Shown here in pieces: positions 22,771 to 36,060 of a stretch of 49,491 nt of DNA. The position numbers and the translations under genes are program-made. Each line of letters begins with the position of its first letter. Position 1 is the first letter of the stretch. The notes under the pieces were generated by a model. It saw only the letters and a list, made by a program, of their open reading frames with translations, did no database searches and had not been told where the DNA came from. This DNA comes from Octopus bimaculoides (Eukaryota): the NCBI RefSeq assembly GCF_001194135.2, contig NC_068989.1:92802048-92851538 (forward strand), written 5' to 3'.

Positions 22771-23879
22771 ATATGGCTTCACAAAACCTGTAACTTGAGG
22801 CGAAATATCTCGCACCACGTGACATATTGTTGCTTTTGTTGTCATCGTTATTGTTGTATTTTAACGAGAAGGAAGTCCTGACTGGGTCAGCCAACGCTCA
22901 AAGACAATCTAGCCGTGAACACCTCACCCCCACATCTTTTTAATAAGTACATAAAACTAAAATGTAAATTAAGGGTGGGGTGAAAAGCACAATACGTTAT
23001 TGAAGAATTTAGTTCGCTGCTCTGCTCTCTTTTACTCGTCTTCTTTAGCATAACATAAATCAATATTTTAACAAAAAAACAAAAAAAAATTAAAGACAAA
23101 GCAACATGAAAAGAAAAAAAAGAAAGAAAATGAAAAATAAAGTAGGGAAAATGTGAACCATACAATGGTCACCATCGTTTTCCATTAAATCAGACACACA
23201 CACAATCAATATAAATGTCACCACCACCATCACCGCGGCCATTGTATCAACAATAACAACGTCAGAAAAGATTCTTAAACTTTTAATTAGCCAACAAAAA
23301 ACCGATTGGCAGTAGAAAATATATATATAAAAAAGGGGGGGGGGGAAATAGAAAAAAAGGCACAAAAATACGAACTAAAAGATACAAAAGCAAAATAAAA
23401 AATGCCAAAAATATTAAAAAAAGAAATAATGCTGAAATACATGATAAAAAGATATAAAATACAGACTGAAAAAAAATAACAAACAAAAATAATATTTTTT
23501 AAATATTTTTTCTTTGCCATAATTCAGAAAACTGAGAAATTTCTAGTGTTTTCTGACAGACACAATTAGAATATCCTCTGACGAGAATGTTTTAACGAAC
23601 ACAACAACAACAACATCTACTACTACAACTATAACAACAACAACAACAACAACTACTACTACTACTACTAAAATAATATCGTATATCAAATAGCAAAACC
23701 GTGAAATAATTGTTTCTAACATAGAAAATCCGTACAATAATAATAATGATAATAATAATAATAATAATAATAATAATTATTATTATTATTGAAAATAAAA
23801 ATGAAAATGAGGCAAACCATAGCAATACCACAGCGAGTCACAACCACAAAAACCGCAACTATCACCACCACGACCACCA

Positions 23880-24267
23880 CCATCACTGGCAGACGTGGTG
23901 ATGGTGGTGGAGGTCGTGGAGTGATGGTATTGATAATGAGGTGGTTGTGGTGGTAGTAGTAGTAGTAGTAGTACTCGAAGTGAGAATCATAGTGCTACAG
24001 GTAGTGGTGGTGGCGGTAGTGGTTTTTGTTTACACTGATGCTTACACAATCGCATATCGTGGATCTGACTTGGTTGGAGGGAGTGATGATGATGAAGACG
24101 ACGACGGCGGCGACGATGATGATGATGGGGATGATGGAGGTGATGGAGGTGATGATGATGGTGGTGGGGGTGATTGTGGTGGCAGTGATGATGATGGTGG
24201 TGACGGGGATAGTGGCGACGATGATGATGATGATGATGATGTTGGTGATGATGACGACGACGGCGAC

Positions 24268-24313
<46 letters not shown>

Positions 24314-24407
24314 GTGATGACGACGACGACGACGATGATGATGATGATAGTGATGACGACGACGACGACGATGATGATGATGATGGTGGTGGTGGTGGTG
24401 GTAGTGG

Positions 24408-24438
<31 letters not shown>

Positions 24439-24475
24439 GGTGGAGGGGGATGTGTGAGCCGCTGTTATTGTTGTT
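23880..24475 (+). repeat. Long compound (GAT/GAC/GGT/GTA)n low-complexity tract
   Basis: Mixed trinucleotide runs; source of the poly-D/G and poly-M ORFs. A similar tract lies at 24720-24840. Confidence 0.9.
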
Positions 24476-25600
24476 AATGTTATTTAACCCTATTTAAATC
24501 CTGCTCAAATGAGACAATCAATATTTTTCCAGTCACGACCATCACCACATTTTGTACACCTAATACTGGCATTATTCAAAGTATTCTCCCCCCCCCCACT
24601 CTCTTCAGAAGGCAAAAGGGTATAATTTGAGGTAGATTTTGCTTACTATTTCTAGCAGACCTAAAGACCCTGTGTACTCACTTGTGTTCTTGGTGATATT
24701 GGCTGTAGTGGTGAAGGAGCGATGATGATGATGATGATGATGACGACGATGATGATGAAGATAATGACAATGATGATGATGATGATGACGAAAACGAAGA
24801 AAACTACTAGTAGTAGTAGTGGTGGTGGTGGTGGTGGTGGTTCTTCTGGTGGGCGGGGGGGGGCAAGGAAAAGTGAAGATGTTTTATGACAGCAACAAGA
24901 ACAAGAATGACTGCATCAAACAAAATTAGCTCCAGCATCCAATAACAACAACAACAACAACAAAAACAACTGCAGTAAAAACACCTACAGCAGCAACATC
25001 AACCACCTCAATAACAACGACAACAACAACAGCAGCATTACTGCCCAGTTCACACGGCAGAATTAATTTGAGGGAAAAATGGCGATTCTCGAAGTTTCTT
25101 GCTAATGGCCAATAATGGCGACGATTTAAGATTTACTGGAATCTTGCAGAACACACACACACACACACACACACACGTAATCTCTTTTTCTGCACACACA
25201 CATATATACGCAAAACGACATAGAAGTTCCTATATTGAAACAAGTATGTATAAAGCACACATGCATACGCGCACTCGTACGTACATACATACATACATAC
25301 ATACATACGCAAAACATACATATATATACACACACATACGCATATATATATATATATATATATATATANNNNNNNNNNNNNNNNNNNNNNNNNNNNNNNN
25401 NNNNNNNNNNNNNNNNNNNNNNNNNNNNNNNNNNNNNNNNNNNNNNNNNNNNNNNNNNNNNNNNNNNNNNNNNNNNNNNNNNNNNNNNNNNNNNNNNNNN
25501 NNNNNNNNNNNNNNNNNNNNNNNNNNNNNNNNNNNNNNNNNNNNNNNNNNNNNNNNNNNNNNNNNNNNNNNNNNNNNNNNNNNNNNNNNNNNNNNNNNNN

Positions 25601-25655
<55 letters not shown>

Positions 25656-25799
25656 ATGCATATATAATATATATATATATATAACATACATACACATATA
25701 AATATACACACATATATGTATGCATGAATGTATACATATATATTTACACGTATGTGTATGTCTATATGTAAGTATGTATGTGTTTAAGTGAATATCTTC

Positions 25800-26840
25800 G
25801 GATACATGCAAAGAAGCGCCTGTATAGAAAAGATTGTAACCGTAATCAAGCAGTGAAATTAAACAGGTAAATGTTACGTGGATTCTACAGTCGCCTTGAC
25901 AAGACATGATACTGGCGTCAGTTCTCGCAAATTGCGGAACTATCAAGAGAAAATCCATTAAACTCTTGAAATGAATCAAGACCTATACCACTATTCCAAA
26001 AAGTTTGAGGAAGATCACTCGAACGGTTATATAAAGAGGATGAAGAGCTACTGAGGTGTGAAAATATATATATTGCAGCGCGAAGCCGCTGCAGCAGCGA
26101 GAAACCTTTGTTGGGGAAAAAATGTGCAAGTGTAGTTAACGAAAATGCTGAATAAAAAAATGCACCATGAAAAAAATGGACGGTAAATAACAGTATCGAC
26201 AGACCAGTAGATTTTTACCCCTCGAGGAAATTGCTTAAATCCTGAACCACGTCAAAAAAAAAAAAATAATAATATAAGAACGGTAGCAATAATAGAGAAA
26301 GAACCGTTGCCATTCCATGGACACGTTTAGGAACAATAAGAAATGAATGGACGATACAAACAGCTCAAAACACAATTCCTAGCCATTCATAAAACTCTTC
26401 ATATCAACAAAACACTAAATGAAAGAACGATTATGGTAATGAATTTATCGAAAACATATTTACTTGATGTTATCCGTGATCGATCAGTTTGCTAAAGAAT
26501 AACCAGCACAAATTGAAGCCCTCGGCTTTTGGGTATTGAATGTGTTACAGAATTGTATTGCAATAACCATTCACCAAGAGATAGGAGTAAGAGATCGATC
26601 GAAATGATAAACCAAAAAAAGTTACCTATCACAAAGAAAGAAAAAATCGGACAGGCTTTAGCAAAACATCGGAAATTTGGATACTGTCATTAGATGCAGA
26701 GTGAATAATGAATTAACAAACCACTAGCTATGACTTGGTGGCTGACTATCGAAAATTTACGGAACTGTGGACGTACAAACGCCAAGTGAAAGCTTCGTTA
26801 TCGAGGAATTTACAAGAACACGAGATTATCGACCGTTAAT
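25800..26840 (+). mobile_element. Possible decayed retroelement coding remnant
   Basis: About 1 kb of A-rich, microsatellite-free sequence with only short RT-like peptides (SEIWIL, DYRPL) in different frames; not diagnostic. Confidence 0.25.
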
Positions 26841-27064
26841 GTGCGTTTGACAAACAAGCTATATACCGCACATTGAAATACCATACAATGAAGGTTGTGA
26901 ATACATGTAGTTGTGATGCTTGTGCCTGGTGTACCCTTGTCGAACGGGTAGTCACGATGGGTATATTGGGTTTCGTATATTTGTACCCAAATGTCACTTT
27001 GATGTTGTTTGCTGTTCTCTCATTCAATAATAATAATGGTTTCAAAGTTTGACTAGCAAATTTA

Positions 27065-27236
27065 GTGGACAGCTTAAGTCGACCTCAGTGTTTAACTGGT
27101 ACTTATTTTATCGATACCGAAAGGATGAAAGGTAAAATCGACCTCGGCGGAATTGAAACTCAGAACATAAAGACGGACGAAATGTCACTAAGCATTTTGT
27201 CCGGCGTGCTAACGATTCTGCCAACACGCCGCCTTA
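27065..27236 (-). mobile_element. SINE family B
   Basis: actggtacttattttatcgataccgaaaggatgaaaggtaaaatcgacctcggcgg...gctaacgattctgccaacacgccgcc. Confidence 0.88.
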
Positions 27237-27322
27237 ATATGGACAGTAATGATAATTATCAATTAACAACGATGGACGCTGTGTATATACACAGAGATGC
27301 ATATACACAAACTCATATACAC

Positions 27323-27420
27323 CAGTGGTTCTCAGCCATTTTTTGCTTATGGATTCCTTCGATTCCTATTTCACTCAGAGGGACGCTCATGGCCGTATGG
27401 ACCCAGGCTGAGAACTAATG
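27323..27420 (+). mobile_element. 98-bp internally deleted hAT MITE with 8-bp TSD
   Basis: TIRs cagtggttctcagcc / ggctgagaactaatg; atatacac at 27315-27322 and 27421-27428. Confidence 0.85.
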
Positions 27421-27614
27421 ATATACACATATACACAAAAATCACACAAACACACTCACATACACATATTCATGTACACACGTACACATACTTGTAATAA
27501 TATGCATTGGCACGCATACTTCCATACAAATGCATACACACACATCTATACCCGTGCAGACATAACATTCACCCATATGCTCTTTCACACGTTGCACACG
27601 CTTACATAGACGTA

Positions 27615-27900
27615 CAGTAATAACTCGCCATATCGCGGTTCACCTATCACGCCCTCAGTACATCGCGGATTTTTCTCGCTTATTATATGTAAATATAATA
27701 TAATATAATATAATATAATATAATATATATATATATATATATATAAAATAATAATAATATTAGGGACACAATCCAAAATTACAGGTAAAAACTCAATTAA
27801 AATCAAATTATAAAAAATTAAAATTAAATTCAGCTTTACATAAAAAATTAAAATTAAATTGAGCTTTATGTGATAGTGGATTTTTATCGATGAGTTCATG
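27615..27900 (+). mobile_element. pogo/Tigger-like DNA element, one end
   Basis: TA followed by cagtaataactcgccatatcgcggttcacc; the other TIR was not found, so the end coordinate is approximate. Confidence 0.45.
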
Positions 27901-27955
27901 AAACTTGGTTCTTTTCCCTAAAATTATATATTTATATATATTGTTGTATTTGGGG

Positions 27956-28126
27956 ATGGTCATGTTGCCAGTTTAGTCAATAAAAACACACGCACTATAT
28001 ATTTGGTGTTAATTTGTTTCAGCTTTATATTACATTACATTACATTAATCATATTTCGGCTGAAGCAAATTAACACCAAATATAGAGTGCGTGTGTTTTT
28101 ATTGGCTAAACTTGCAACATGACCAT
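27956..28126. repeat. 68-bp inverted repeat with 35-nt spacer
   Basis: 27956-28023 against 28059-28126, 64/68 identical; the same sequence occurs at about 44480-44560. Confidence 0.95.
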
Positions 28127-28236
28127 GTATGTATGTATGTATTATACTTATATATACATACATATGTACATACATATAAGCGTTCAGGCGAGTGTACTGG
28201 CGTTGATGTGGCAACGTTTGAAATATTGTCTAGGCA

Positions 28237-28311
28237 AATGCAGCTGATGAGGACTGATCAGATTTACGATGACAAACGTATTTGAAGAGTCTGAAGCCCA
28301 GGTACTGCATT
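28237..28311 (+). ncRNA. Type I hammerhead motif, long loop II, A15.1 to G
   Basis: AATGCAG-CTGATGA-GGACT...AGTCT-GAAG-cc(ca)gg-TA-CTGCATT; perfect 7-bp stem I and 5-bp stem II. Confidence 0.7.
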
Positions 28312-29179
28312 ATCCGATTCTGGGTATCCATTTATCTGATGTTCTTCCTAGAATGCACTCACAACGTCTTTGCCAGTATTTACGCAGTGAAGCTTTACAA
28401 TAGCGTCGTATTTGTATCAACTGCTATTTCCACTAAATTTTGGTGCCTTGTTGTACCACTAATCTGTATTTTTTTTTATATATGTATATATGTGTGTCTA
28501 TGTATGTGTGCGTGTGTGCGTGCGTATGTATATAAAGCACATTTCATCGCATTCACACTTTCTTCGCTACCACCCACAAGGGTTCAGACATACCATCTTG
28601 CTGGTCAGTTTGTGGTTGTTTGATGTATTGTACTGATCCACCTTTCTATCCTCTGCTTTTCCCCTCTACTTTAACCTCTCACTTCACAGATATATATCTC
28701 TTCCTGTAGTCATTTAAGGGATGTATCTCTACTTTCCTGTCCAACTTTTTGACCCCTTCTCCTTTATCACCTCGCCTCCTTGTCTTCTCACCCTTTTCGC
28801 GCCATCTCATTTGCTTGGCAATCTCTCTCCTCTTTCAATCACTCGCCCAATTCCAGTGATAAGCGTAATTCTCTCACGCACAAACCACGGGTCAGAGTGA
28901 AGAAACATTACATTTTACGACCCTCACGTCAAATAAACTTAATCAATCTTCCAAGCTCTGTAGTGACTGATGTTTTTCTCGCCACCGACCATCATTGGAT
29001 TCATAGGACTCCTAATTTTATAATGATTTAATTTATTTTAATTCCAATTTTAATGAAGCGATATTTTATTTCCGAGTGTGGAATGCTTTATGCAGAGCCT
29101 GTCGTTAAAATGTTTGGAGCAGGTTGTTACAATGCTGGCATCTCGCCATTGCATACATCCATACAAGCGCACACACACA

Positions 29180-29216
<37 letters not shown>

Positions 29217-29219
29217 GTG

Positions 29220-29311
29220 CAGGCGTGGGTGTGTGATAAGAAGCTTGTTTCCCAGCCGCATGGTTCCGGGTTCAGTCCCACTGCGTGGCACCTTGGACAA
29301 GTGTCTTCTAC
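29220..29311 (+). mobile_element. SINE family A, 5' part, cut by a 10-N gap
   Basis: aggcgtgggtgtgtgataagaagc...gcaccttggacaagtgtcttcta. Confidence 0.9.
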
Positions 29312-29493
29312 NNNNNNNNNNACACACACACACACTCAAGCATAGGCAAACATGCACCAACAAGCGCAATTTCATACACACTCTTTCGCATTCGGAAAGC
29401 CACACATTTTCACACAGTGGAGCCTACATACATAAGCACACATTCACATACATATTTTTACACGTGATCAGATCAATACATCATTGATCTCAA

Positions 29494-29577
<84 letters not shown>

Positions 29578-30079
29578 ACACACACACACACACTTTATCT
29601 TTTACCTTTTTCTTGTTCCATTCACTTGACTGCGGACATGCTGGAGCATCGCGTTGATATGTTTTAACCTGATACTTAATGTTTAGTTATTCTATCAAAC
29701 CGCTATTTAGTTGGTTAATTTCTTTTTGTCTGAAAACCCTTGCTTATATAGGTTGTTACTTAAATATTTATTCACAAAGTTAAGTGCACAAAACGAGCAT
29801 ATTTTTACTGCCCCACCCCTCACAAATTGTATTTGTAATGTCCGAATTAGCTGGTTCATTTCTCTTTCAGAAAACCCCAGCTTCTCCAGATTCGCTTTTG
29901 TATTTACTCAAAGGGGCAGGGAAATCAAACAAGTGCACCAATTAATATTGGTATAAATGTGAATTTATAATCCGCGTATTGAAGCAGAAGTTTTCAAAGC
30001 AGTTGTCCATATTTATTCTCTTTCTGACTTTCGAAGACATATTAACATTAGCAATGCAGCTGACCTACATGACGGTACA

Positions 30080-30392
30080 TACTTCTTCTCATGTATGTAT
30101 GTACGTGCGTACGTACACACGTAATAAGTATGTACGTATGTATATATGTATGCATGTAGGTATGTATGTATGTGTGTGTATGTAAATACGTGTGTATGTA
30201 TGTATGCACTTATGTTGTATGTACGTATGCATGTGTTTATGTAGATGTATGTATGCATGGATGGGTGGATAGATGTAAGTTCGTATGTGTGTATGTGCGT
30301 AAGTATATATGATGTATGTACGTACTTATTTATTTATTTATTTATTTATGTATGTGTATGTATGTATTATGTATGTATGTATCTATCTATCC

Positions 30393-30432
<40 letters not shown>

Positions 30433-30433
30433 G

Positions 30434-30512
<79 letters not shown>

Positions 30513-30530
30513 GTCTATGTACGTACGTCT
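30080..30530 (+). repeat. (TATG)n and (TATC)n tetranucleotide arrays
   Basis: Visible; source of the YVCM and YLSI ORFs. Confidence 0.95.
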
Positions 30531-30870
30531 ACCTCCACACGTTTAAATATGTTTCCATTGTTATTTACATAATATAATTTCGATAAATGTAGAATTCCAG
30601 CTGCCTATATTTTTTTGCAGCAAATGGTTTTAAAAACACATCGACTCGTTGCTGTTGCTGTTGTTGATGATGATGATGGTAATGATGATGGTGGGTGGGG
30701 GGGGGTACGAGTGCTTTTGGCGCTGTTAGTAACTAGTGGTGACGATGATGATGACGATGATGAGGAAGTGGAAAGGAGGCTGAGCGGACAGTGACGATAT
30801 CTTAACGGTTGGGCTTCACTATTTATCCTTCCCCATCTAAGTCTACCGTTCGAGTCCTTACCTGCCTTTT

Positions 30871-30982
<112 letters not shown>

Positions 30983-31248
30983 TGTGTATCTAACACAACT
31001 TTATTCAATGTGTTCAACCGTTATTTATTGAAAGTAGGATATAACTTGAGTGAGGTTTAGCTGTTATTTCTAGTAACAACATTGAGGAGGGTCCTCATAG
31101 AACATAGTTTCCCATTTGTTTTATGTACCAATATAATTACAGTTCACTAATTATTGGATTGGAGGAATCGTTTTTTGTGTCTATGGGTGACGTATGACGA
31201 TATTAACGTCCATAATACGATGTCAGAGAAAAAATAAACATATTTTTA

Positions 31249-31680
31249 CAGACGTGGCTCTGTGGTAAGAAGTTGGCTCCCAACCACAAGGTTCCGGGCT
31301 CAGTCTCACTGCGTGGAACCTTGCGCAAGTGTCTTCTACTACAGCCGTCCAAACCTTGTGAGTGGATTTGGTAGACGGAAACTGAAAGAAGCCCGTCGTG
31401 TATGTATAAATAAGTGTGCGTATGTATGTACGTATGTATGTATGCATGTATGTATGTATGTATGTACATACATAGCTATGTATGTAAGTATATATGTACG
31501 TAACATACATACATGTATACATGCATACAAGCATATCTGTGTGTTTTTGTCTCTCATCACTGCTTGACAACCGGTGTTGCTGTGTTTACGTCCTCATTGT
31601 CTTCCAGTTTGTCAAAGGAAACTGATAGAATAATTACTGCGGTTGATTCATTCGACCAAAATTTCTTCAAGGCAGTGCTA
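31249..31680 (+). mobile_element. SINE family A with internal (TATG)n
   Basis: Head, body to gaagcccgtcg, microsatellite, then gcttgacaaccggtgttg...ttcttcaaggcagtgct. Confidence 0.88.
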
Positions 31681-31686
31681 TCAATC

Positions 31687-31756
<70 letters not shown>

Positions 31757-31862
31757 TTCCCCTCTATCAATCAATCTATCTATATCTCTGCTGTCTGCAT
31801 ATCGATCTACCATTTTAGCTATTTGTATCTACATTTGTATCGATATTTCTATATCGATCTTA

Positions 31863-32053
31863 AGACGGTGAGCTGGTAGAATCGTTACCACGTCGGACAA
31901 AATGCTTCACGTTCTAATTTCAAAATCTGTCGTGGTTGACTTTGACTTTCATCTTTTCGGGGGTCGATCAAATAAGCACCAGTTGAACGCTGGGGTCGAT
32001 GTCATTGCCTTACCCCTTCCCGAAATTGCTGGCTTCGTGCCAAAATTTAAAAT
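31863..32053 (+). mobile_element. SINE family B
   Basis: gagctggtagaatcgttacc...gttgactttgactttcatc...gtgccaaaatttaaaatc. Confidence 0.85.
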
Positions 32054-32149
32054 CAATATCTATATTAATCTATTTATCTGTTCATCTATCTATCAAAATA
32101 TCTAATCATTTTGTTTATTTATCTATCTATTCCATTGTGTGTGGTTTGT

Positions 32150-32185
<36 letters not shown>

Positions 32186-32413
32186 CACAATGGAGTGGGA
32201 GGATTGGGATGAAGGGAAGGCCACACCGTTCCTAAAGACTATGACACATACACAAGCATGTACACACATACACATACACACGCGCGGGCACGTACGCGCA
32301 CTCACACACACACACACACAAACACACACACAAACACATGTGCACATACGGATACACATCTTAGAAGGACAGAACAGTGTAAGTGGAGCAAGGACACACA
32401 TGAAAACGAAAAG

Positions 32414-32461
32414 TGTTGCTGAAGAGGTCACAGATGTGTGACGAAGGACTTCCGGACAACG
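32414..32461 (+). ncRNA. Degenerate hammerhead-like motif
   Basis: tgttg-CTGAAGA-g-GTCACA(gatg)TGTGAC-GAA-gga(ct)tcc-gga-caacg; the 3' half of the core is damaged. Confidence 0.4.
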
Positions 32462-33295
32462 AACATGAGTTTAAATAATAAAATGAGAACATTAATAAAC
32501 AATTGAAGTAAAAAACAAAACAAAAACAAAAACAGAAAAAAAAACATATAGTGCATGTGCTTATTTGGCAAAAATAAATAAATAAATAAAATGACCGTCA
32601 CAAAATACAACAATATTTGTTTCAACACACGATTTCACATCAGGAATCTTGCAAAAACGAATTAATAACCGTAGTATATATATATGGAGAATTNNNNNNN
32701 NNNNNNNNNNNNNNNNNNNNNNNNNNNNNNNNNNNNNNNNNNNNNNNNNNNNNNNNNNNNNNNNNNNNNNNNNNNNNNNNNNNNNNNNNNNNNNNNNNNN
32801 NNNNNNNNNNNNNNNNNNNNNNNNNNNNNNNNNNNNNNNNNNNNNNNNNNNNNNNNNNNNNNNNNNNNNNNNNNNNNNNNNNNNNNNNNNNNNNNNNNNN
32901 NNNNNNNNNNNNNNNNNNNNNNNNNNNNNNNNNNNNNNNNNNNNNNNNNNNNNNNNNNNNNNNNNNNNNNNNNNNNNNNNNNNNNNNNNNNNNNNNNNNN
33001 NNNNNNNNNNNNNNNNNNNNNNNNNNNNNNNNNNNNNNNNNNNNNNNNNNNNNNNNNNNNNNNNNNNNNNNNNNNNNNNNNNNNNNNNNNNNNNNNNNNN
33101 NNNNNNNNNNNNNNNNNNNNNNNNNNNNNNNNNNNNNNNNNNNNNNNNNNNNNNNNNNNNNNNNNNNNNNNNNNNNNNNNNNNNNNNNNNNNNNNNNNNN
33201 NNNNNNNNNNNNNNNNNNNNNNNNNNNNNNNNNNNNNNNNNNNNNNNNNNNNNNNNNNNNNNNNNNNNNNNNNNNNNNNNNNNNNNNNNNNNNNN

Positions 33296-33329
<34 letters not shown>

Positions 33330-34651
33330 CACACACATGGCCCTACACTAACCTAAACAAACACCTATTATCATCTAAAGTTGATTCTTTGTATATTTTG
33401 TCTTATCAGTTAATTAGTTTATTTAGCTGACTCCACATTTGTTTTCTTTCTTTCCTTCCATTTTCTATAATTTCTTTAACATCCCAATTATGAACTAGTC
33501 TCATCCGATGTTATTTTATCTTCTGGTCGTTGCTGTTGTTGTTGCTTTTGTTGTTGTTCTCCTTCTTGTAGTCGTTGTTCTTTGGTACAAAATCCTTGGA
33601 AACTGAGTACATACGAACTGAATCAGCAGTTGGTTGTGCAGACGTTTCGGCATTGCAACCTGGTAGATTATTTCACATTATGTGGTTGCGATTGCATTAT
33701 GAAGACGCCTGGATGTGACTGTTGTGGAATTGGTTGCGAACTCTAGCAAAACGGCCACCATTTAGTGGCTCACGCATTAGTTTCTTCTCGTCTAGATGAT
33801 ATATATATATATATATANNNNNNNNNNNNNNNNNNNNNNNNNNNNNNNNNNNNNNNNNNNNNNNNNNNNNNNNNNNNNNNNNNNNNNNNNNNNNNNNNNN
33901 NNNNNNNNNNNNNNNNNNNNNNNNNNNNNNNNNNNNNNNNNNNNNNNNNNNNNNNNNNNNNNNNNNNNNNNNNNNNNNNNNNNNNNNNNNNNNNNNNNNN
34001 NNNNNNNNNNNNNNNNNNNNNNNNNNNNNNNNNNNNNNNNNNNNNNNNNNNNNNNNNNNNNNNNNNNNNNNNNNNNNNNNNNNNNNNNNNNNNNNNNNNN
34101 NNNNNNNNNNNNNNNNNNNNNNNNNNNNNNNNNNNNNNNNNNNNNNNNNNNNNNNNNNNNNNNNNNNNNTATATATATATATATATATACATGCAGTTAG
34201 ATAGATAGATAGATAGATAGTTAGAGAAACAGACAGACAGACGGATGTATTTAGATAAAGAAATATTTTCCTTTTTAAACAAATATACTTTAGGAGGTTA
34301 TTTCAACAACAAGGCTGAAATATGAGTACAATTTTCTATAATTATAACCTAGATTTAAGCACTTATTTATACGTTTCGGTTATACAAGTTTTTTTTTTTT
34401 TTTTACCCCGCATTATAATTTTCGCATTTATATGTACGAAAACGAAAGATCACCAGTGAGGTTAAACTGGAACAACAGCAATATTTACGCATGTAAGATC
34501 AGCTAATAGTAAGTGATGGGAGATGGATGTACAGAGAAAATTAGGTCAGCTCCATTTCGTAAGTTCAAAATCAGTTCAAAATAACATGTTCCATGAGTAT
34601 ATTCCTCTCCTTGTTCAAACAGAAACCAGAGCAACCGAAGAGATATTAGAC

Positions 34652-35003
34652 CAGAGGTTCTCAACCATTTTTTAATCTATGGAACACTTTGACAACTATA
34701 CTACTTTGGTGGACCCCAATAGCTATTCTGCGTTTAAAATCTAGTTTTATAGAAACTTCTTTCAAAATTCTTATTTTGTTATTCATCCATTAATTAGTGT
34801 AGGTAGAACTACGTAAAACGCAAGAGAAAGAATCTTTGCTGTTTCTTCCAATACAAACCTATAAATATATCGAAAGCAAAATATTTTCAGGAGCCTTTAA
34901 AATAGTATTGTGTATCCCCAATTTATTATTTTGATGCGTGGACCCCAACCAAAATTTTATATATACCCTCAGGGACTATATGAATCCTAGTTGAGAACCA
35001 CCA
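34652..35003 (+). mobile_element. hAT MITE with 8-bp TSD
   Basis: cagaggttctcaacc...agttgagaaccacca; tattagac at 34644-34651 and 35004-35011. Confidence 0.88.
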
Positions 35004-35262
35004 TATTAGACAGAGAACCATTTACCAAAATTATAGTGGCCATATTGTTTGTCACCGTGTATGTTAAAGAATTCAGAGACTGAAAAGAGGAATGGACGAG
35101 TGACATTATTGTGGTACAGATGAAACGAATGGGTAAAGCTGTTTGGACAATGTTGAGGATATGGCACTGTTGACTGGACATTGGAACCGTTTTGGTGGCA
35201 GTACGTTTTGACCCTGAAGGCAAATACGCACACACATCCCCACACTCATACACTCACACACA

Positions 35263-35304
<42 letters not shown>

Positions 35305-35337
35305 CTCCGGCTCGCACAAACATATACACATACATAT

Positions 35338-35643
35338 AGGCGTAGACATGATTGTCTGGTAAGAAATTTACTTCCCGACTACATGGTTCCGGGTTCAGTC
35401 CCACTGCGTGACACCCTGGGCCTTCTACAGCTTCCGGCCGACCAAAACCTTTGTGAATGGATTTAGTGGACGGAAGCGGTAGAAAGTCCGTCATGTGTGT
35501 GTATGTATGTGTGTGTGCGTGCGTGTGCGCGTGTGTGTCCGTTTGTTCGCCACCACTGCTTCACAATTCGTGTTGGTGTGTTTACACCCCCGTAACCTAG
35601 CGGTTCGGCACTGGAGTCTATAGAATAAGTACAAAATCTTACA
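35338..35643 (+). mobile_element. SINE family A
   Basis: catggttccgggttcagtcccactgcgtg...ccccgtaacctagcggttcggca...agaataagtac. Confidence 0.85.
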
Positions 35644-35659
35644 AACTAATAATAATAAT

Positions 35660-35759
<100 letters not shown>

Positions 35760-35857
35760 TGAGAATATGTGAAATAAACTCGACTACTCTCACAAACGAG
35801 AATAGTAAAAATGAACCCAACCGCTCCCAAAAATGAAAGTAAAAAACAAAAAGAAAC

Positions 35858-36060
35858 AGGAAAAATAATCCAGAATCCTTGTCCGGTACCGAATCGATCC
35901 TAAAATGTAATCAGTTTGTGCCAGTCATGAGGTCAAACATCCCTGAAAGTTTTATCCGAATCCATCCAGCGGTTCTTAAGATATCCTGTCCACGGACCAA
36001 CAAACAAACACGACTGAAAACAATACCTCCACCTTCGTTAAGACGGAGGGAATAAATAAA
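35858..36060 (+). mobile_element. Helentron/HINE-like non-autonomous element, 3' end
   Basis: aaaatgtaatcagttt...gaaagttttatccgaatcc...caaacaaacacgactgaaaacaata, then hairpin CCTCC (36026-36030)...GGAGG (36045-36049) and an A/T tail; a typical HINE layout from recall. Confidence 0.55.

Noticed and set aside
23941-24477. 178-aa Asp/Gly-rich ORF
   Set aside because: Translation of a GAT/GAC/GGT tract; other frames are open for the same reason; no splice or domain evidence.
28840-28905. GCGT/ACGC stem with ACC/GGTC resembling an HHR 3' half
   Set aside because: Both core halves are missing or out of register.
29871-29950. Strong-looking acceptor ttcatttctctttcag
   Set aside because: A near-duplicate of this stretch lies about 150 bp upstream, donors are weak, and no reading frame is recognisable.
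33620-33710. Minus-strand GCCGAAACGTC with a partial stem
   Set aside because: No recognisable CTGANGA; too degenerate to call.
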